This document shows positions 34,988 to 54,342 of a DNA stretch of 64,000 bases, piece after piece. The translations under genes and the position numbers were made by a program. Below the pieces are notes generated by a model, which was given only the letters and a program-made list of their open reading frames with translations, did not search any database and was not told the origin of the DNA. Each line of letters starts with the position of its first letter. Position 1 is the stretch's first letter. This stretch comes from the human T2T-CHM13v2.0 reference genome, Homo sapiens, in assembly GCF_009914755.1 (NCBI RefSeq), contig NC_060948.1; one strand, 5' to 3'.

Positions 34988-37092
34988 AGATCCATATTTT
35001 TTAAATGAAAAAAAATTTCAAAGGTACTCTGCTTGGTACAATAATCAAATGTATAAACTGAGGAATAAAACATAACCATGAAACCTACTTATAACTGCAT
35101 ATGGAAAATACAGAGGATAATTTTTTAAATAACATATTTTGAAAGCCTTAACTAGTAATTTGAAGAGCTGGCATTTGAAAGGCCAGTATGAATATACCTT
35201 CAAAGCAGCAACACAGGTTCCCCATGAGAAAAAGCAAACACAGGGAAAATAAAAACACAAAGGTTCAATCTCTTCTGACCTTTGAAAGACACAGCACAGA
35301 CAGTGGTCCTTAGGACGAAGAGCAGGAGACCCCTAATTCCGTCACCATGGCGATAGGGCATAAACATTGCTGGGTGAGGGCACAATCCACATTGTGAGGT
35401 GCAACTGCTGCCAGGAAGACAGGAGTGCTTTTACATAGACCGAAAGGTCATTGAAGGCTCAGAGTTTTGTTTCAAGAACTGAATCCCAAGCCCACACGTT
35501 ATTAGGCTGCGCTTCTTAAAACAAGTTATGAGATGGGAAAAAGGGCACCCACAAACATACGTATACATTATGTATATAATAATATACAGTATCATATATA
35601 TAATATATATAACCTATGTATAATATTGTTTTACATCCTGCATCTTATGTTATATATATTGTATAAAATATAATAATTGATAATATATAAGTTTTATAAT
35701 TATACAATATGACATATAGTATATATTATAATTTATGACATATATAATATATGTTATATGTCATATATAGAATATATTATACGGTTAATATACGTATTAA
35801 ATATAAATTATACATTATATATATTATATATAATATATCTGTTATATATAATACCCATTATGCATAATATATATATTATGTCTATGTTATATATAGTATA
35901 AAACAACATATAATAATATATAATTGTATATATAAAATGCGACATATAATATATATTATATTTTATAACATATGTAATATATATTATATATTATATATAA
36001 TACGTTGTATGTATAATACCTATATTAAATATATATTATATGACTATGTTATTAATTACATGTCACATGTGTTATATATTATATATTTTACATAGAATAT
36101 ACCGGTTACATACAATATATACTATGTTACCTATAACGTATAATTTATTACATGTAAAATAAAGAATGCAATATATTATGTAAAATTTATAATATACCAT
36201 ATGTGGAATGTGATATATATAACATATAATATATGATATATGATGTACAGTATATGATATATAACATACAATATATGATTCCTAATATATATGGTATACA
36301 ATATATATTTTATGATATGTATTCTATATGTTTTATATTCTGTTATATATAACTATTTGAAATTATATATAACTGTATAATATTTTATGTAAATATGTAA
36401 TATAATATATATAATTATATAATATATTATATATAACTATATATTATGTTATATATACTTTTATAACATAATTTACATAAAATATCATAATATAATATAT
36501 ATTATATTATTTCATATTACATAATATATATTACATATCACCCAATATAACTAACATACATAATATTATAATATAGATTATATTATATTATATTAAATAT
36601 CATATATATCATGTATCATATATTCTATAATATATATTACACATTATATAATATGTATGTTGTCTATTATGTGATATATATAACTATATATATAATTATA
36701 TTTTTATACATATAACTAGATAAACATGTAATTCTACATATTTTCATTTATAATATGTAGAATTATATAATCATATATAATTATTTATATTCTATAAAAA
36801 ATTTTATCATTATATAAATTATAATATATAAAAATTATAATATGTACTACAAATATATATATTATATATCATATATGCTATAGTACCTTTGTTATATATC
36901 ATAATACATATAAATGTGTATTATGTTATCTATAATTATATAATTTCATATATAAGATGTATAATATGTATCATATATTATATATGTTATGTAATATATA
37001 TAGTATATATAAGATGACACAGGATAAATATTATATACTATGACATATAAAATATATGAGGTTATATGTTACATATAAGGCATAGCACATAA

Positions 37093-37407
<315 letters not shown>

Positions 37408-39512
37408 AGATCCATATTTTTTAAATGAAAAAAAATTTCAAAGGTACTCTGCTTGGTACAATAATAAAATGTATAAACTGAGGAATAAAACATAACCATG
37501 AAACCTACTTATAACTGCATATGGAAAATACAGAGGATAATTTTTTAAATAACATATTTTGAAAGCCTTAACTAGTAATTTGAAGAGTTGGCATTTGAAA
37601 GGCCAGTATGGATATACCTTCAAAGCAGCAACACAGGTTCCCCATGAGAAAAAGCAAACACAGGGAAAATAAAAACACAAAGGTTCAATCTCTTCTGACC
37701 TTTGAAAGACACAGCACAGACAGTGGTCCTTAGGACGAAGAGCAGGAGACCCCTAATTCCGTCACCATGGCGATAGGGCATAAACATTGCTGGGTGAGGG
37801 CACAATCCACATTGTGAGGTCCAACTGCTGCCAGGAAGACAGGAGTGCTTTTACATAGACCGAAAGGTCATTGAAGGCTCAGAGTTTTGTTTCAAGAACT
37901 GAATCCCAAGCCCACACGTTATTAGGCTGCGCTTCTTAAAACAAGTTATGAGATGGGAAAAAGGGCACCCACAAACATACGTATACATTATGTATATAAT
38001 AATATACAGTATCATATATATAATATATATAACCTATGTATAATATTGTTTTACATCCTGCATCTTATGTTATATATATTGTATAAAATATAATAATTGA
38101 TAATATATAAGTTTTATAATTATACAATATGACATATAGTATATATTATAATTTATGACATATATAATATATGTTATATGTCATATATAGAATATATTAT
38201 ACGGTTAATATACGTATTAAATATAAATTATACATTATATATATTGTATATAATATATCTGTTATATATAATACCCATTATGCATAATATATATATTATG
38301 TCTATGTTATATATAGTATAAAACAACATATAATAATATATAATTGTATATATAAAATGCGACATATAATATATATTATATTTTATAACATATGTAATAT
38401 ATATTATATATTATATATAATACGTTGTATGTATAATACCTATATTAAATATATATTATATGACTATGTTATTAATTACATGTCACATGTGTTATATATT
38501 ATATATTTTACATAGAATATACCGGTTACATACAATATATACTATGTTACCTATAATGTATAATTTATTACATGTAAAATAAAGAATGCAATATATTATG
38601 TAAAATTTATAATATACCATATGTGGAATGTGATATATATAACATATAATATATGATATATGATGTACAGTATATGATATATAACATACAATATATGATT
38701 CCTAATATATATGGTATACAATATATATTTTATGATATGTATTCTATATGTTTTATATTCTGTTATATATAACTATTTGAAATTATATATAACTGTATAA
38801 TATTTTATGTAAATATGTAATATAATATATATAACTATATAATATATTATATATAACTATATATTATGTTATATATACTTTTATAACATAATTTACATAA
38901 AATATCATAATATAATATATATTATATTATTTCATATTACATAATATATATTACATATCACCCAATATAACTAACATACATAATAATATAATATAGATTA
39001 TATTATGTTATATTAAATATCATATATATCATGTATCATATATTCTATAATATATATTACACATTATATAATATGTATGTTGTCTATTATGTGATATATA
39101 TAACTCTATATATAATTATATTTTTATACATATAACTAGATAAACATGTAATTCTACATATTTTCATTTATAATATGTAGAATTATATAATCATATATAA
39201 TTATTTATATTCTATAAAAAATTTTATCATTATATAAATTATAATATATAAAAATTATAATATGTACTACAAATATATATATTATATATCATATATGCTA
39301 TAGTACCTTTGTTATATATCATAATACATATAAATGTGTATTATGTTATCTATAATTATATAATTTCATATATAAGATGTATAATATGTATCATAAATTA
39401 TATATGTTATGTAATATATATAGTATATATAAGATGACACAGGATAAATATTATATACTATGACATATAAAATATATGAGGTTATATGTTACATATAAGG
39501 CATAGCACATAA

Positions 39513-39827
<315 letters not shown>

Positions 39828-41931
39828 AGATCCATATTTTTTAAATGAAAAAAAATTTCAAAGGTACTCTGCTTGGTACAATAATCAAATGTATAAACTG
39901 AGGAATAAAACATAACCATGAAACCTACTTATAACTGCATATGGAAAATACAGAGGATAATTTTTTAAATAACATATTTTGAAAGCCTTAACTAGTAATT
40001 TGAAGAGCTGGCATTTGAAAGGCCAGTATGGATATACCTTCAAAGCAGCAACACAGGTTCCCCATGAGAAAAAGCAAACACAGGGAAAATAAAAACACAA
40101 AGGTTCAATCTCTTCTGACCTTTGAAAGACACAGCACAGACAGTGGTCCTTAGGACGAAGAGCAGGAGACCCCTAATTCCGTCACCATGGCGATAGGGCA
40201 TAAACATTGCTGGGTGAGGGCACAATCCACATTGTGAGGTCCAACTGCTGCCAGGAAGACAGGAGTGCTTTTACATAGACCGAAAGGTCATTGAAGGCTC
40301 AGAGTTTTGTTTCAAGAACTGAATCCCAAGCCCACACGTTATTAGGCTGCGCTTCTTAAAACAAGTTATGAGATGGGAAAAAGGGCACCCACAAACATAC
40401 GTATACATTATGTATATAATAATATACAGTATCATATATATAATATATATAACCTATGTATAATATTGTTTTACATCCTGCATCTTATGTTATATATATT
40501 GTATAAAATATAATAATTGATAATATATAAGTTTTATAATTATACAATATGACATATAGTATATATTATAATTTATGACATATATAATATATGTTATATG
40601 TCATATATAGAATATATTATACGGTTAATATACGTATTAAATATAAATTATACATTATATATATTATATATAATATATCTGTTATATATAATACCCATTA
40701 TGCATAATATATATATTATGTCTATGTTATATATAGTATAAAACAACATATAATAATATATAATTGTATATATAAAATGCGACATATAATATATATTATA
40801 TTTTATTACATATGTAATATATATTATATATTATATATAATACGTTGTATGTATAATACCTATATTAAATATATATTATATGACTATGTTATTAATTACA
40901 TGTCACATGTGTTATATATTATATATTTTACATAGAATATACCGGTTACATACAATATATACTATGTTACCTATAATGTATAATTTATTACATGTAAAAT
41001 AAAGAATGCAATATATTATGTAAAATTTATAATATACCATATGTGGAATGTGATATATATAACATATAATATATGATATATGATGTACAGTATATGATAT
41101 ATAACATACAATATATGATTCCTAATATATATGGTATACAATATATATTTTATGATATGTATTCTATATGTTTTATATTCTGTTATATATAACTATTTGA
41201 AATTATATATAACTGTATAATATTTTATGTAAATATGTAATATATTATATATAACTATATAATATATTACATATAACTATATATTATGTTATATATACTT
41301 TTATAACATAATTTACATAAAATATCATAATATAATATATATTATATTATTTCATATTACATAATATATATTACATATCACCCAATATAACTAACATACA
41401 TAATATTATAATATAGATTATATTATGTTATATTAAATATCATATATATCATGTATCATATATTCTATAATATATATTACACATTATATAATATGTATGT
41501 TGTCTATTATGTGATATATATAACTATATATATAATTATATTTTTATACATATAACTAATTAAACATGTAATTCTACATATTTTCATTTATAATATGTAG
41601 AATTATATAATCATATATAATTATTTATATTCTATAAAAAATTTTATCATTATATAAATTATAATATAAAAAATTATAATATGTACTACAAATATATATA
41701 TTATATATCATATATGATATAGTACCTTTGTTATATATCATAATACATATAAATGTGTATTATGTTATCTATAATTATATAATTTCATATATAAGATGTA
41801 TAATATGTATCATATATTATATATGTTATGTAATATATATAGTATATATAAGATGACACAGGATAAATATTATATACTATGACATATAAAATATATGAGG
41901 TTATATGTTACATATAAGGCATAGCACATAA

Positions 41932-42246
<315 letters not shown>

Positions 42247-44350
42247 AGATCCATATTTTTTAAATGAAAAAAAATTTCAAAGGTACTCTGCTTGGTACAA
42301 TAATCAAATGTATAAACTGAGGAATAAAACATAACCATGAAACCTACTTATAACTGCATATGGAAAATACAGAGGATAATTTTTTAAATAACATATTTTG
42401 AAAGCCTTAACTAGTAATTTGAAGAGCTGGCATTTGAAAGGCCAGTATGAATATACCTTCAAAGCAGCAACACAGGTTCCCCATGAGAAAAAGCAAACAC
42501 AGGGAAAATAAAAACACAAAGGTTCAATCTCTTCTGACCTTTGAAAGACACAGCACAGACAGTGGTCCTTAGGACGAAGAGCAGGAGACCCCTAATTCCG
42601 TCACCATGGCGATAGGGCATAAACATTGCTGGGTGAGGGCACAATCCACATTGTGAGGTCCAACTGCTGCCAGGAAGACAGGAGTGCTTTTACATAGACC
42701 GAAAGGTCATTGAAGGCTCAGAGTTTTGTTTCAAGAACTGAATCCCAAGCCCACACGTTGTTAGGCTGCGCTTCTTAAAACAAGTTATGAGATGGGAAAA
42801 AGGGCACCCACAAACATAGGTATACATTATGTATATAATAATATACAGTATCATATATATAATATGTATAACCTATGTATAATATTGTTTTACATCCTGC
42901 ATCTTATGTTATATATATTGTATAAAATATAATAATTGATAATATATAAGTTTATATTTATACAATATGACATATAGTATATATTATAATTTATGACATA
43001 TATAATATATGTTATATGTCATATATAGAATATATTATACGGTTAATATACGTATTAAATATAAATTATACATTATATATATTATATATAATATATCTGT
43101 TATATATAATACCCATTATGCATAATATATATATTATGTCTATGTTATATATAGTATAAAACAACATATAATAATATATAATTGTATATGTAAAATGCGA
43201 CATATAGTATATATTATATTTTATAATATATGTAATATATATTATATATTATATATAATACGTTGTATGTATAATACCTATATTAAATATATATTATATG
43301 ACTATGTTATTAATTACATGTCACATGTGTTATATATTATATATTTTACATAGAATATAACGGTTACATACAATATATACTATGTTACCTATAATGTATA
43401 ATTTATTACATGTAAAATAAAGAATGCAATATATTATGTAAAATTTATAATATACCATATGTGGAATGTGATATATATAACATATAATATATGATATATG
43501 ATGTACAGTATATGATATATAACATACAATATATGATTCCTAATATACATGGTATACAATATATATTTTATGATATGTATTCTATATGTTTTATATTCTG
43601 TTATATATAACTATTTGAAATTATATATAACTGTATAATATTTTATGTAAATATGTAATATATTATATATAACTATATAATATATTACATATAACTATAT
43701 ATTATGTTATATATACTTTTATAACATAATTTACATAAAATATCATAATATAATATATATTATATTATTTCATATTACATAATATATATTACATATCACC
43801 CAATATAACTAACATACATAATATTATAATATAGTTTATATTATGTTATATTAAATATCATATATATCATGTATCATATATTCTATAATATATATTACAC
43901 ATTATATAATATGTATGTTGTCTATTATGTGATATATATAACTATATATATAATTATATTTTTATACATATAACTAATTAAACATGTAATTCTACATATT
44001 TTCATTTATAATATGTAGAATTATATAATCATATATAATTATTTATATTCTATAAAAAATTTTATCATTATATAAATTATAATATATAAAAATTATAATA
44101 TGTACTACAAATATATATATTATATATCATATATGATATAGTACCTTTGTTATATATCATAATACATATAAATGTGTATTATGTTATCTATAATTATATA
44201 ATTTCATATATAAGATGTATAATATGTATCATATATTATATATGTTATGTAATATATATAGTATATATAAGATGACACAGGATAAATATTATATACTATG
44301 ACATATAAAATATATGAGGTTATATGTTACATATAAGGCATAGCACATAA

Positions 44351-44665
<315 letters not shown>

Positions 44666-46769
44666 AGATCCATATTTTTTAAATGAAAAAAAATTTCAAA
44701 GGTACTCTGCTTGGTACAATAATCAAATGTATAAACTGAGGAATAAAACATAACCATGAAACCTACTTATAACTGCATATGGAAAATACAGAGGATAATT
44801 TTTTAAATAACATATTTTGAAAGCCTTAACTAGTAATTTGAAGAGCTGGCATTTGAAAGGCCAGTATGAATATACCTTCAAAGCAGCAACACAGGTTCCC
44901 CATGAGAAAAAGCAAACACAGGGAAAATAAAAACACAAAGGTTCAATCTCTTCTGACCTTTGAAAGACACAGCACAGACAGTGGTCCTTAGGACGAAGAG
45001 CAGGAGACCCCTAATTCCGTCACCATGGCGATAGGGCATAAACATTGCTGGGTGAGGGCACAATCCACATTGTGAGGTCCAACTGCTGCCAGGAAGACAG
45101 GAGTGCTTTTACATAGACCGAAAGGTCATTGAAGGCTCAGAGTTTTGTTTCAAGAACTGAATCCCAAGCCCACACGTTGTTAGGCTGCGCTTCTTAAAAC
45201 AAGTTATGAGATGGGAAAAAGGGCACCCACAAACATACGTATACATTATGTATATAATAATATACAGTATCATATATATAATATATATAACCTATGTATA
45301 ATATTGTTTTACATCCTGCATCTTATGTTATATATATTGTATAAAATATAATAATTGATAATATATAAGTTTATATTTATACAATATGACATATAGTATA
45401 TATTATAATTTATGACATATATAATATATGTTATATGTCATATATAGAATATATTATACGGTTAATATACGTATTAAATATAAATTATACATTATATATA
45501 TTATATATAATATATCTGTTATATATAATACCCATTATGCATAATATATATATTATGTCTATGTTATATATAGTATAAAACAACATATAATGATATATAA
45601 TTGTATATGTAAAATGCGACATATAGTATATATTATATTTTATAATATATGTAATATATATTATATATTATATATAATACGTTGTATGTATAATACCTAT
45701 ATTAAATATATATTATATGACTATGTTATTAATTACATGTCACATGTGTTATATATTATATATTTTACATAGAATATACCGGTTACATACAATATATACT
45801 ATGTTACCTATAATGTATAATTTATTACATGTAAAATAAAGAATGCAATATATTATGTAAAATTTATAATATACCATATGTGGAATGTGATATATATAAC
45901 ATATAATATATGATATATGATGTACAGTATATGATATATAACATACAATATATGATTCCTAATATATATGGTATACAATATATATTTTATGATATGTATT
46001 CTATATGTTTTATATTCTGTTATATATAACTATTTGAAATTATATATAACTGTATAATATTTTATGTAAATATGTAATATAATATATATAACTATATAAT
46101 ATATTACATATAACTATATATTATGTTATATATACTTTTATAACATAATTTATATAAAATATCATAATATAATATATATTATATTATTTCATATTACATA
46201 ATATATATTACATATCACCCAATATAACTGACATACATAATATTATAATATAGATTATATTATGTTATATTAAATATCATATATATCATGTATCATATAT
46301 TCTATAATATATATTACACATTATATAATATGTATGTTGTCTATTATGTGATATATATAACTCTATATATAATTATATTTTTATACATATAACTAGATAA
46401 ACATGTAATTCTACCTATTTTCATTTATAATATGTAGAATTATATAATCATATATAATTATTTATATTCTATAAAAAATTTTATCATTATATAAATTATA
46501 ATATATAAAAATTATAATATGTACTACAAATATATATATTATATATCATATATGCTATAGTACCTTTGTTATATATCATAATACATATAAATGTGTATTA
46601 TGTTATCTATAATTATATAATTTCATATATAAGATGTATAATATGTATCATATATTATATATGTTATGTAATATATATAGTATATATAAGATGACACAGG
46701 ATAAATATTATATACTATGACATATAAAATATATGAGGTTATATGTTACATATAAGGCATAGCACATAA

Positions 46770-47084
<315 letters not shown>

Positions 47085-49188
47085 AGATCCATATTTTTCA
47101 AATGAAAAAAAATTTCAAAGGTACTCTGCTTGGTACAATAATCAAATGTATAAACTGAGGAATAAAACATAACCATGAAACCTACTTATAACTGCATATG
47201 GAAAATACAGAGGATAATTTTTTAAATAACATATTTTGAAAGCCTTAACTAGTAATTTGAAGAGCTGGCATTTGAAAGGCCAGTATGAATATACCTTCAA
47301 AGCAGCAACACAGGTTCCCCATGAGAAAAAGCAAACACAGGGAAAATAAAAACACAAAGGTTCAATCTCTTCTGACCTTTGAAAGACACAGCACAGACAG
47401 TGGTCCTTAGGACGAAGAGCAGGAGACCCCTAATTCCGTCACCATGGCGATAGGGCATAAACATTGCTCGGTGAGGGCACAATCCACATTGTGAGGTCCA
47501 ACTGCTGCCAGGAAGACAGGAGTGCTTTTACATAGACCGAAAGGTCATTGAAGGCTCAGAGTTTTGTTTCAAGAACTGAATCCCAAGCCCACACGTTATT
47601 AGGCTGCGCTTCTTAAAACAAGTTATGAGATGGGAAAAAGGGCACCCACAAACATATGTATACATTATGTATATAATAATATACAGTATCATATATATAA
47701 TATATATAACCTATGTATAATATTGTTTTACATCCTGCATCTTATGTTATATATATTGTATAAAATATAATAATTGATAATATATAAGTTTATATTTATA
47801 CAATATGACATATAGTATATATTATAATTTATGACATATATAATATATGTTATATGTCATATATAGAATATATTATACGGTTAATATACGTATTAAATAT
47901 AAATTATACATTATATATATTATATATAATATATCTGTTATATATAATACCCATTATGCATAATATATATATTATGTCTATGTTATATATAGTATAAAAT
48001 AACATATAATAATATATAATTGTATATATAAAATGTGACATATAATATATATTATATTTTATAACATATGTAATATAAATTATATATTATATATAATACG
48101 TTGTATGTATAATACCTATATTAAATATATATTATATGACTATGTTATTAATTACATGTCACATGTGTTATATATTATATATTTTACATAGAATATACCG
48201 GTTACATACAATATATACTATGTTACCTATAATGTATCATTTATTACATGTAAAATAAAGAATGCAATATATTATGTATAATTTATAATATACAATATGT
48301 GGAATGTGATATATATAACATATAATATATGATATATGATATACAGTATATGATATATAACATACAATATATGATTCCTAATATATATGGTATACAATAT
48401 ATATTTTATGATATGTATTCTATATGTTTTATATTCTGTTATATATAACTATTTGAAATTATATATAACTGTATAATATTTTATGTAAATATGTAATATA
48501 ATATATATAACTATATAATATATTATATATAACTATATATTATGTTATATATACTTTTATAACATAATTTACATAAAATATCATAATATAATATATATTA
48601 TATTATTTCATATGACATAATATATATTACATATCACCCAATATAACTGACATACATAATATTATAATATAGTTTATATTGTGTTATATTAAATATCATA
48701 TATATCATGTATCATATATTCTATAATATATATTACACATTATATAATATGTATGTTGTCTATTATGTGATATATATAACTATATATATAATTATATTTT
48801 TATACATATAACTAGATAAACATGTAATTCTACATATTTTCATTTATAATATGTAGAATTATATAATCATATATAATTATTTATATTCTATAAAAAATTT
48901 TATCATTATATAAATTATAATATATAAAAATTATAATATGTACTACAAATATATATATTATATATCATATATGATATAGTACCTTTGTTATATTTCATAA
49001 TACATATAAATGTGTATTATGTTATCTATAATTATATAATTTCATATATAAGATGTATAATATGTATCATATATTATATATGTTATGTAATATATATAGT
49101 ATATATAAGATGACACAGGATAAATATTATATACTATGACATATAAAATATATGAGGTTATATGTTACATATAAGGCATAGCACATAA

Positions 49189-49503
<315 letters not shown>

Positions 49504-51607
49504 AGATCCATATTTTTTAAATGAAAAAAAATTTCAAAGGTACTCTGCTTGGTACAATAATCAAATGTATAAACTGAGGAATAAAACATAACCATGAAAC
49601 CTACTTATAACTGCATATGGAAAATACAGAGGATAATTTTTTAAATAACATATTTTGAAAGCCTTAACTAGTAATTTGAAGAGCTGGCATTTGAAAGGCC
49701 AGTATGAATATACCTTCAAAGCAGCAACACAGGTTCCCCATGAGAAAAAGCAAACACAGGGAAAATAAAAACACAAAGGTTCAATCTCTTCTGACCTTTG
49801 AAAGACACAGCACAGACAGTGGTCCTTAGGACGAAGAGCAGGAGACCCCTAATTCCGTCACCATGGCGATAGGGCATAAACATTGCTGGGTGAGGGCACA
49901 ATCCACATTGTGAGGTCCAACTGCTGCCAGGAAGACAGGAGTGCTTTTACATAGACCGAAAGGTCATTGAAGGCTCAGAGTTTTGTTTCAAGAACTGAAT
50001 CCCAAGCCCACACGTTATTAGGCTGCGCTTCTTAAAACAAGTTATGAGATGGGAAAAAGGGCACCCACACACATACGTATACATTATGTATATAATAATA
50101 TGCAGTATCATATATATAATATATATAACCTATGTATAATATTGTTTTACATCCTGCATCTTATGTTATATATATTGTATAAAATATAATAATTGATAAT
50201 ATATAAGTTTATATTTATACAATATGACATATAGTATATATTATAATTTATGACATATATAATATATGTTATATGTCATATATAGAATATATTATACGGT
50301 TAATATACGTATTAAATATAAATTATACATTATATATATTATATATAATATATCTGTTATATATAATACCCATTATGCATAATATATATACTATGTCTAT
50401 GTTATATATAGTATAAAATAACATATAATAATATATAATTGTATATATAAAATGCGACATATAATATATATTATATTTTATAACATATGTAATATATATT
50501 ATATATTATATATAATACGTTGTATGTATAACACCTATATTAAATATATATTATATGACTATGTTATTAATTACATGTCACATGTGTTATATATTATATA
50601 TTTTACATAGAATATACCGGTTACATACAATATATACTATGTTACCTATAATGTATAATTTATTACATGTAAAATAAAGAATGCAATATATTATGTATAA
50701 TTTATAATATACCATATGTGGAATGTGATATATATAACATATAATATATGATATATGATGTACAGTATATGATATATAACATACAATATATGATTCCTAA
50801 TATATATGGTATACAATATATATTTTATGATATGTATTCTATATGTTTTATATTCTGTTATATATAACTATTTGAAATTATATATAACTGTATAATATTT
50901 TATGTAAATATGTAATATAATATATATAACTATATAATATATTATATATAACTATATATTATGTTATATATACTTTTATAACATAATTTACATAAAATAT
51001 CATAATATAATATATATTATATTATTTCATATTACATAATATATATTACATATCACCCAATATAACTAACATACATAATATTATAATATAGATTATATTG
51101 TGTTATATTAAATATCATATATATCATGTATCATATATTCTATAATATATATTACACATTATATAATATGTATGTTGTCTTTTATATGATATATATAACT
51201 ATATATATAATTATATTTTTATACATATAACTAGATAAACATGTAATTCTACATATTTTCATTTATAATATGTAGAATTATATAATCATATATAATTATT
51301 TATATTCTATAAAAAATTTTATCATTATATAAATTATAATATATAAAAATTATAATATGTACTACAAATATATATATTATATATCATATATGATATAGTA
51401 CCTTTGTTATATTTCATAATACATATAAATGTGTATTATGTTATCTATAATTATATAATTTCATATATAAGATGTATAATATGTATCATATATTATATAT
51501 GTTATGTAATATATATAGTATATATAAGATGACACAGGATAAATATTATATACTATGACATATAAAATATATGAGGTTATATGTTACATATAAGGCATAG
51601 CACATAA

Positions 51608-51922
<315 letters not shown>

Positions 51923-54050
51923 AGATCCATATTTTTTAAATGAAAAAAAATTTCAAAGGTACTCTGCTTGGTACAATAATCAAATGTATAAACTGAGGAA
52001 TAAAACATAACCATGAAACCTACTTATAACTGCATATGGAAAATACAGAGGATAATTTTTTAAATAACATATTTTGAAAGCCTTAACTAGTAATTTGAAG
52101 AGTTGGCATTTGAAAGGCCTGTATGAATATACCTTCAAAGCAGCAACACAGGTTCCCCATGAGAAAAAGCAAACACAGGGAAAATAAAAACACAAAGGTT
52201 CAATCTCTTCTGACCTTTGAAAGACACAGCACAGACAGTGGTCCTTAGGACGAAGAGCAGGAGACCCCTAATTCCGTCACCATGGCGATAGGGCATAAAC
52301 ATTGCTGGGTGAGGGCACAATCCACATTGTGAGGTCCAACTGCTGCCAGGAAGACAGGAGTGCTTTTACATAGACCAAAAGGTCATTGAAGGCTCAGAGT
52401 TTTGTTTCAAGAACTGAATCCCAAGCCCACACGTTATTAGGCTGCGCTTCTTAAAACAAGTTATGAGATGGGAAAAAGGGCACCCACAAACATACGTATA
52501 CATTATGTATATAATAATATACAGTATCATATATATAATATATATAACCTATGTATAATATTGTTTTACATCCTGCATCTTATGTTATATATATTGTATA
52601 AAATATAATAATTGATAATATATAAGTTTTATAATTATACAATATGACATATAGTATATATTATAATTTATGACATTTATAATATATGTTATATGTCATA
52701 TATAGAATATATTATACGGTTAATATACGTATTAAATATAAATTATACATTATATATATTATATATAATATATCTGTTATATATAATACCCATTATGCAT
52801 AATATATATATTATGTCTATGTTATATATAGTATAAAACAACATATAATAATATATAATTGTATATATAAAATGCGACATATATTATATATTATATTTTA
52901 TAACATATGTAATATATATTATATATTATATATAATACGTTGTATGTATAATACCTATATTAAATATATATTATATGACTATGTTATTAATTACATGTCA
53001 CATGTGTTATATATTATATATTTTACATAGAATATACCGGTTACATACAATATATACTATGTTACCTATAATGTATAATTTATTACATGTAAAATAAAGA
53101 ATGCAATATATTATGTATAATTTATAATATACAATATGTGGAATGTGATATATATAACATATAATATATGATATATGATATACAGTATATGATATATTAC
53201 ATACAATATATGATTCCTAATATATATGGTATACAATATATATTTTATGATATGTATTCTATATGTTTTATATTCTGTTATATATAACTATTTGAAATTA
53301 TATATAACTGTATAATATTTTATGTAAATATGTAATATAATATATATAACTATATAATATATTATATATAACTATATATTATGTTATATATACTTTTATA
53401 ACATAATTTACATAAAATATCATAATATAATATATATTATATTATTTCATATTACATAATATATATTACATATCACCCAATATAACTAACATACATAATA
53501 TTATAATATAGATTATATTATGTTATATTAAATATCATATATATCATGTATCATATATTCTATAATATATATTACACATTATATAATATGTATGTTGTCT
53601 ATTATGTGATATATATAACTATATATATAATTATATTTTTATACATATAACAAATTAAACATGTAATTCTACATATTTTCATTTATAATATGTAGAATTA
53701 TATAATCATATATAATTATTTATATTCTATAAAAAATTTTATCATTATATAAATTATAATATATAAAAATTATAATATGTACTACAAATATATATATTAT
53801 ATATCATATATGATATAGTACCTTTGTTATATATCATAATACATATAAATGTGTATTATGTTATCTATAATTATATAATTTCATATATAAGATGTATAAT
53901 ATGTATCATATATTATATATGTTATGTAATATATATAGTATATATAAGATGACACAGGATAAATATTATATACTATGACATATAAAATATATGAGGTTAT
54001 ATGTTACATATAAGGCATAGCACATAACATGTAATATATATCATATATAA

Positions 54051-54342
54051 TTTTTTTTTAGACAGAATCTTGTCCTGTTGCACAGGGTGGGGTACAAGGG
54101 CGCCATCTTTGCTCACTGCAACTTCTGCCTCACGGGTCCAAGCGATTGTCCTCCCTCAGCCTCCCAGGTAGCTGGGACTACACCACACTGGGACTACACC
54201 AGCTGCCACCATGCCTAGCTAATTATTTGGATTTTTAGTAGTGACAGCGTTTCACTGTATTGGCCAGGATGGTCTTGATCTCTTCACCTTGTGATCCCCT
54301 TGCCTTGGCCTCCAAATTTGCTGGGATTACAGGCCTGAGCCA
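54051..54342 (-). mobile_element. Alu in DYZ2 unit, copy 23
   Basis: Near-identical to 821-1112. Confidence 0.93.

Noticed and set aside
45590-45772. 60-aa plus-strand ORF (MIYNCICK...)
   Set aside because: I/Y-rich translation of TA low-complexity DNA, opened by chance point variants in a single unit.
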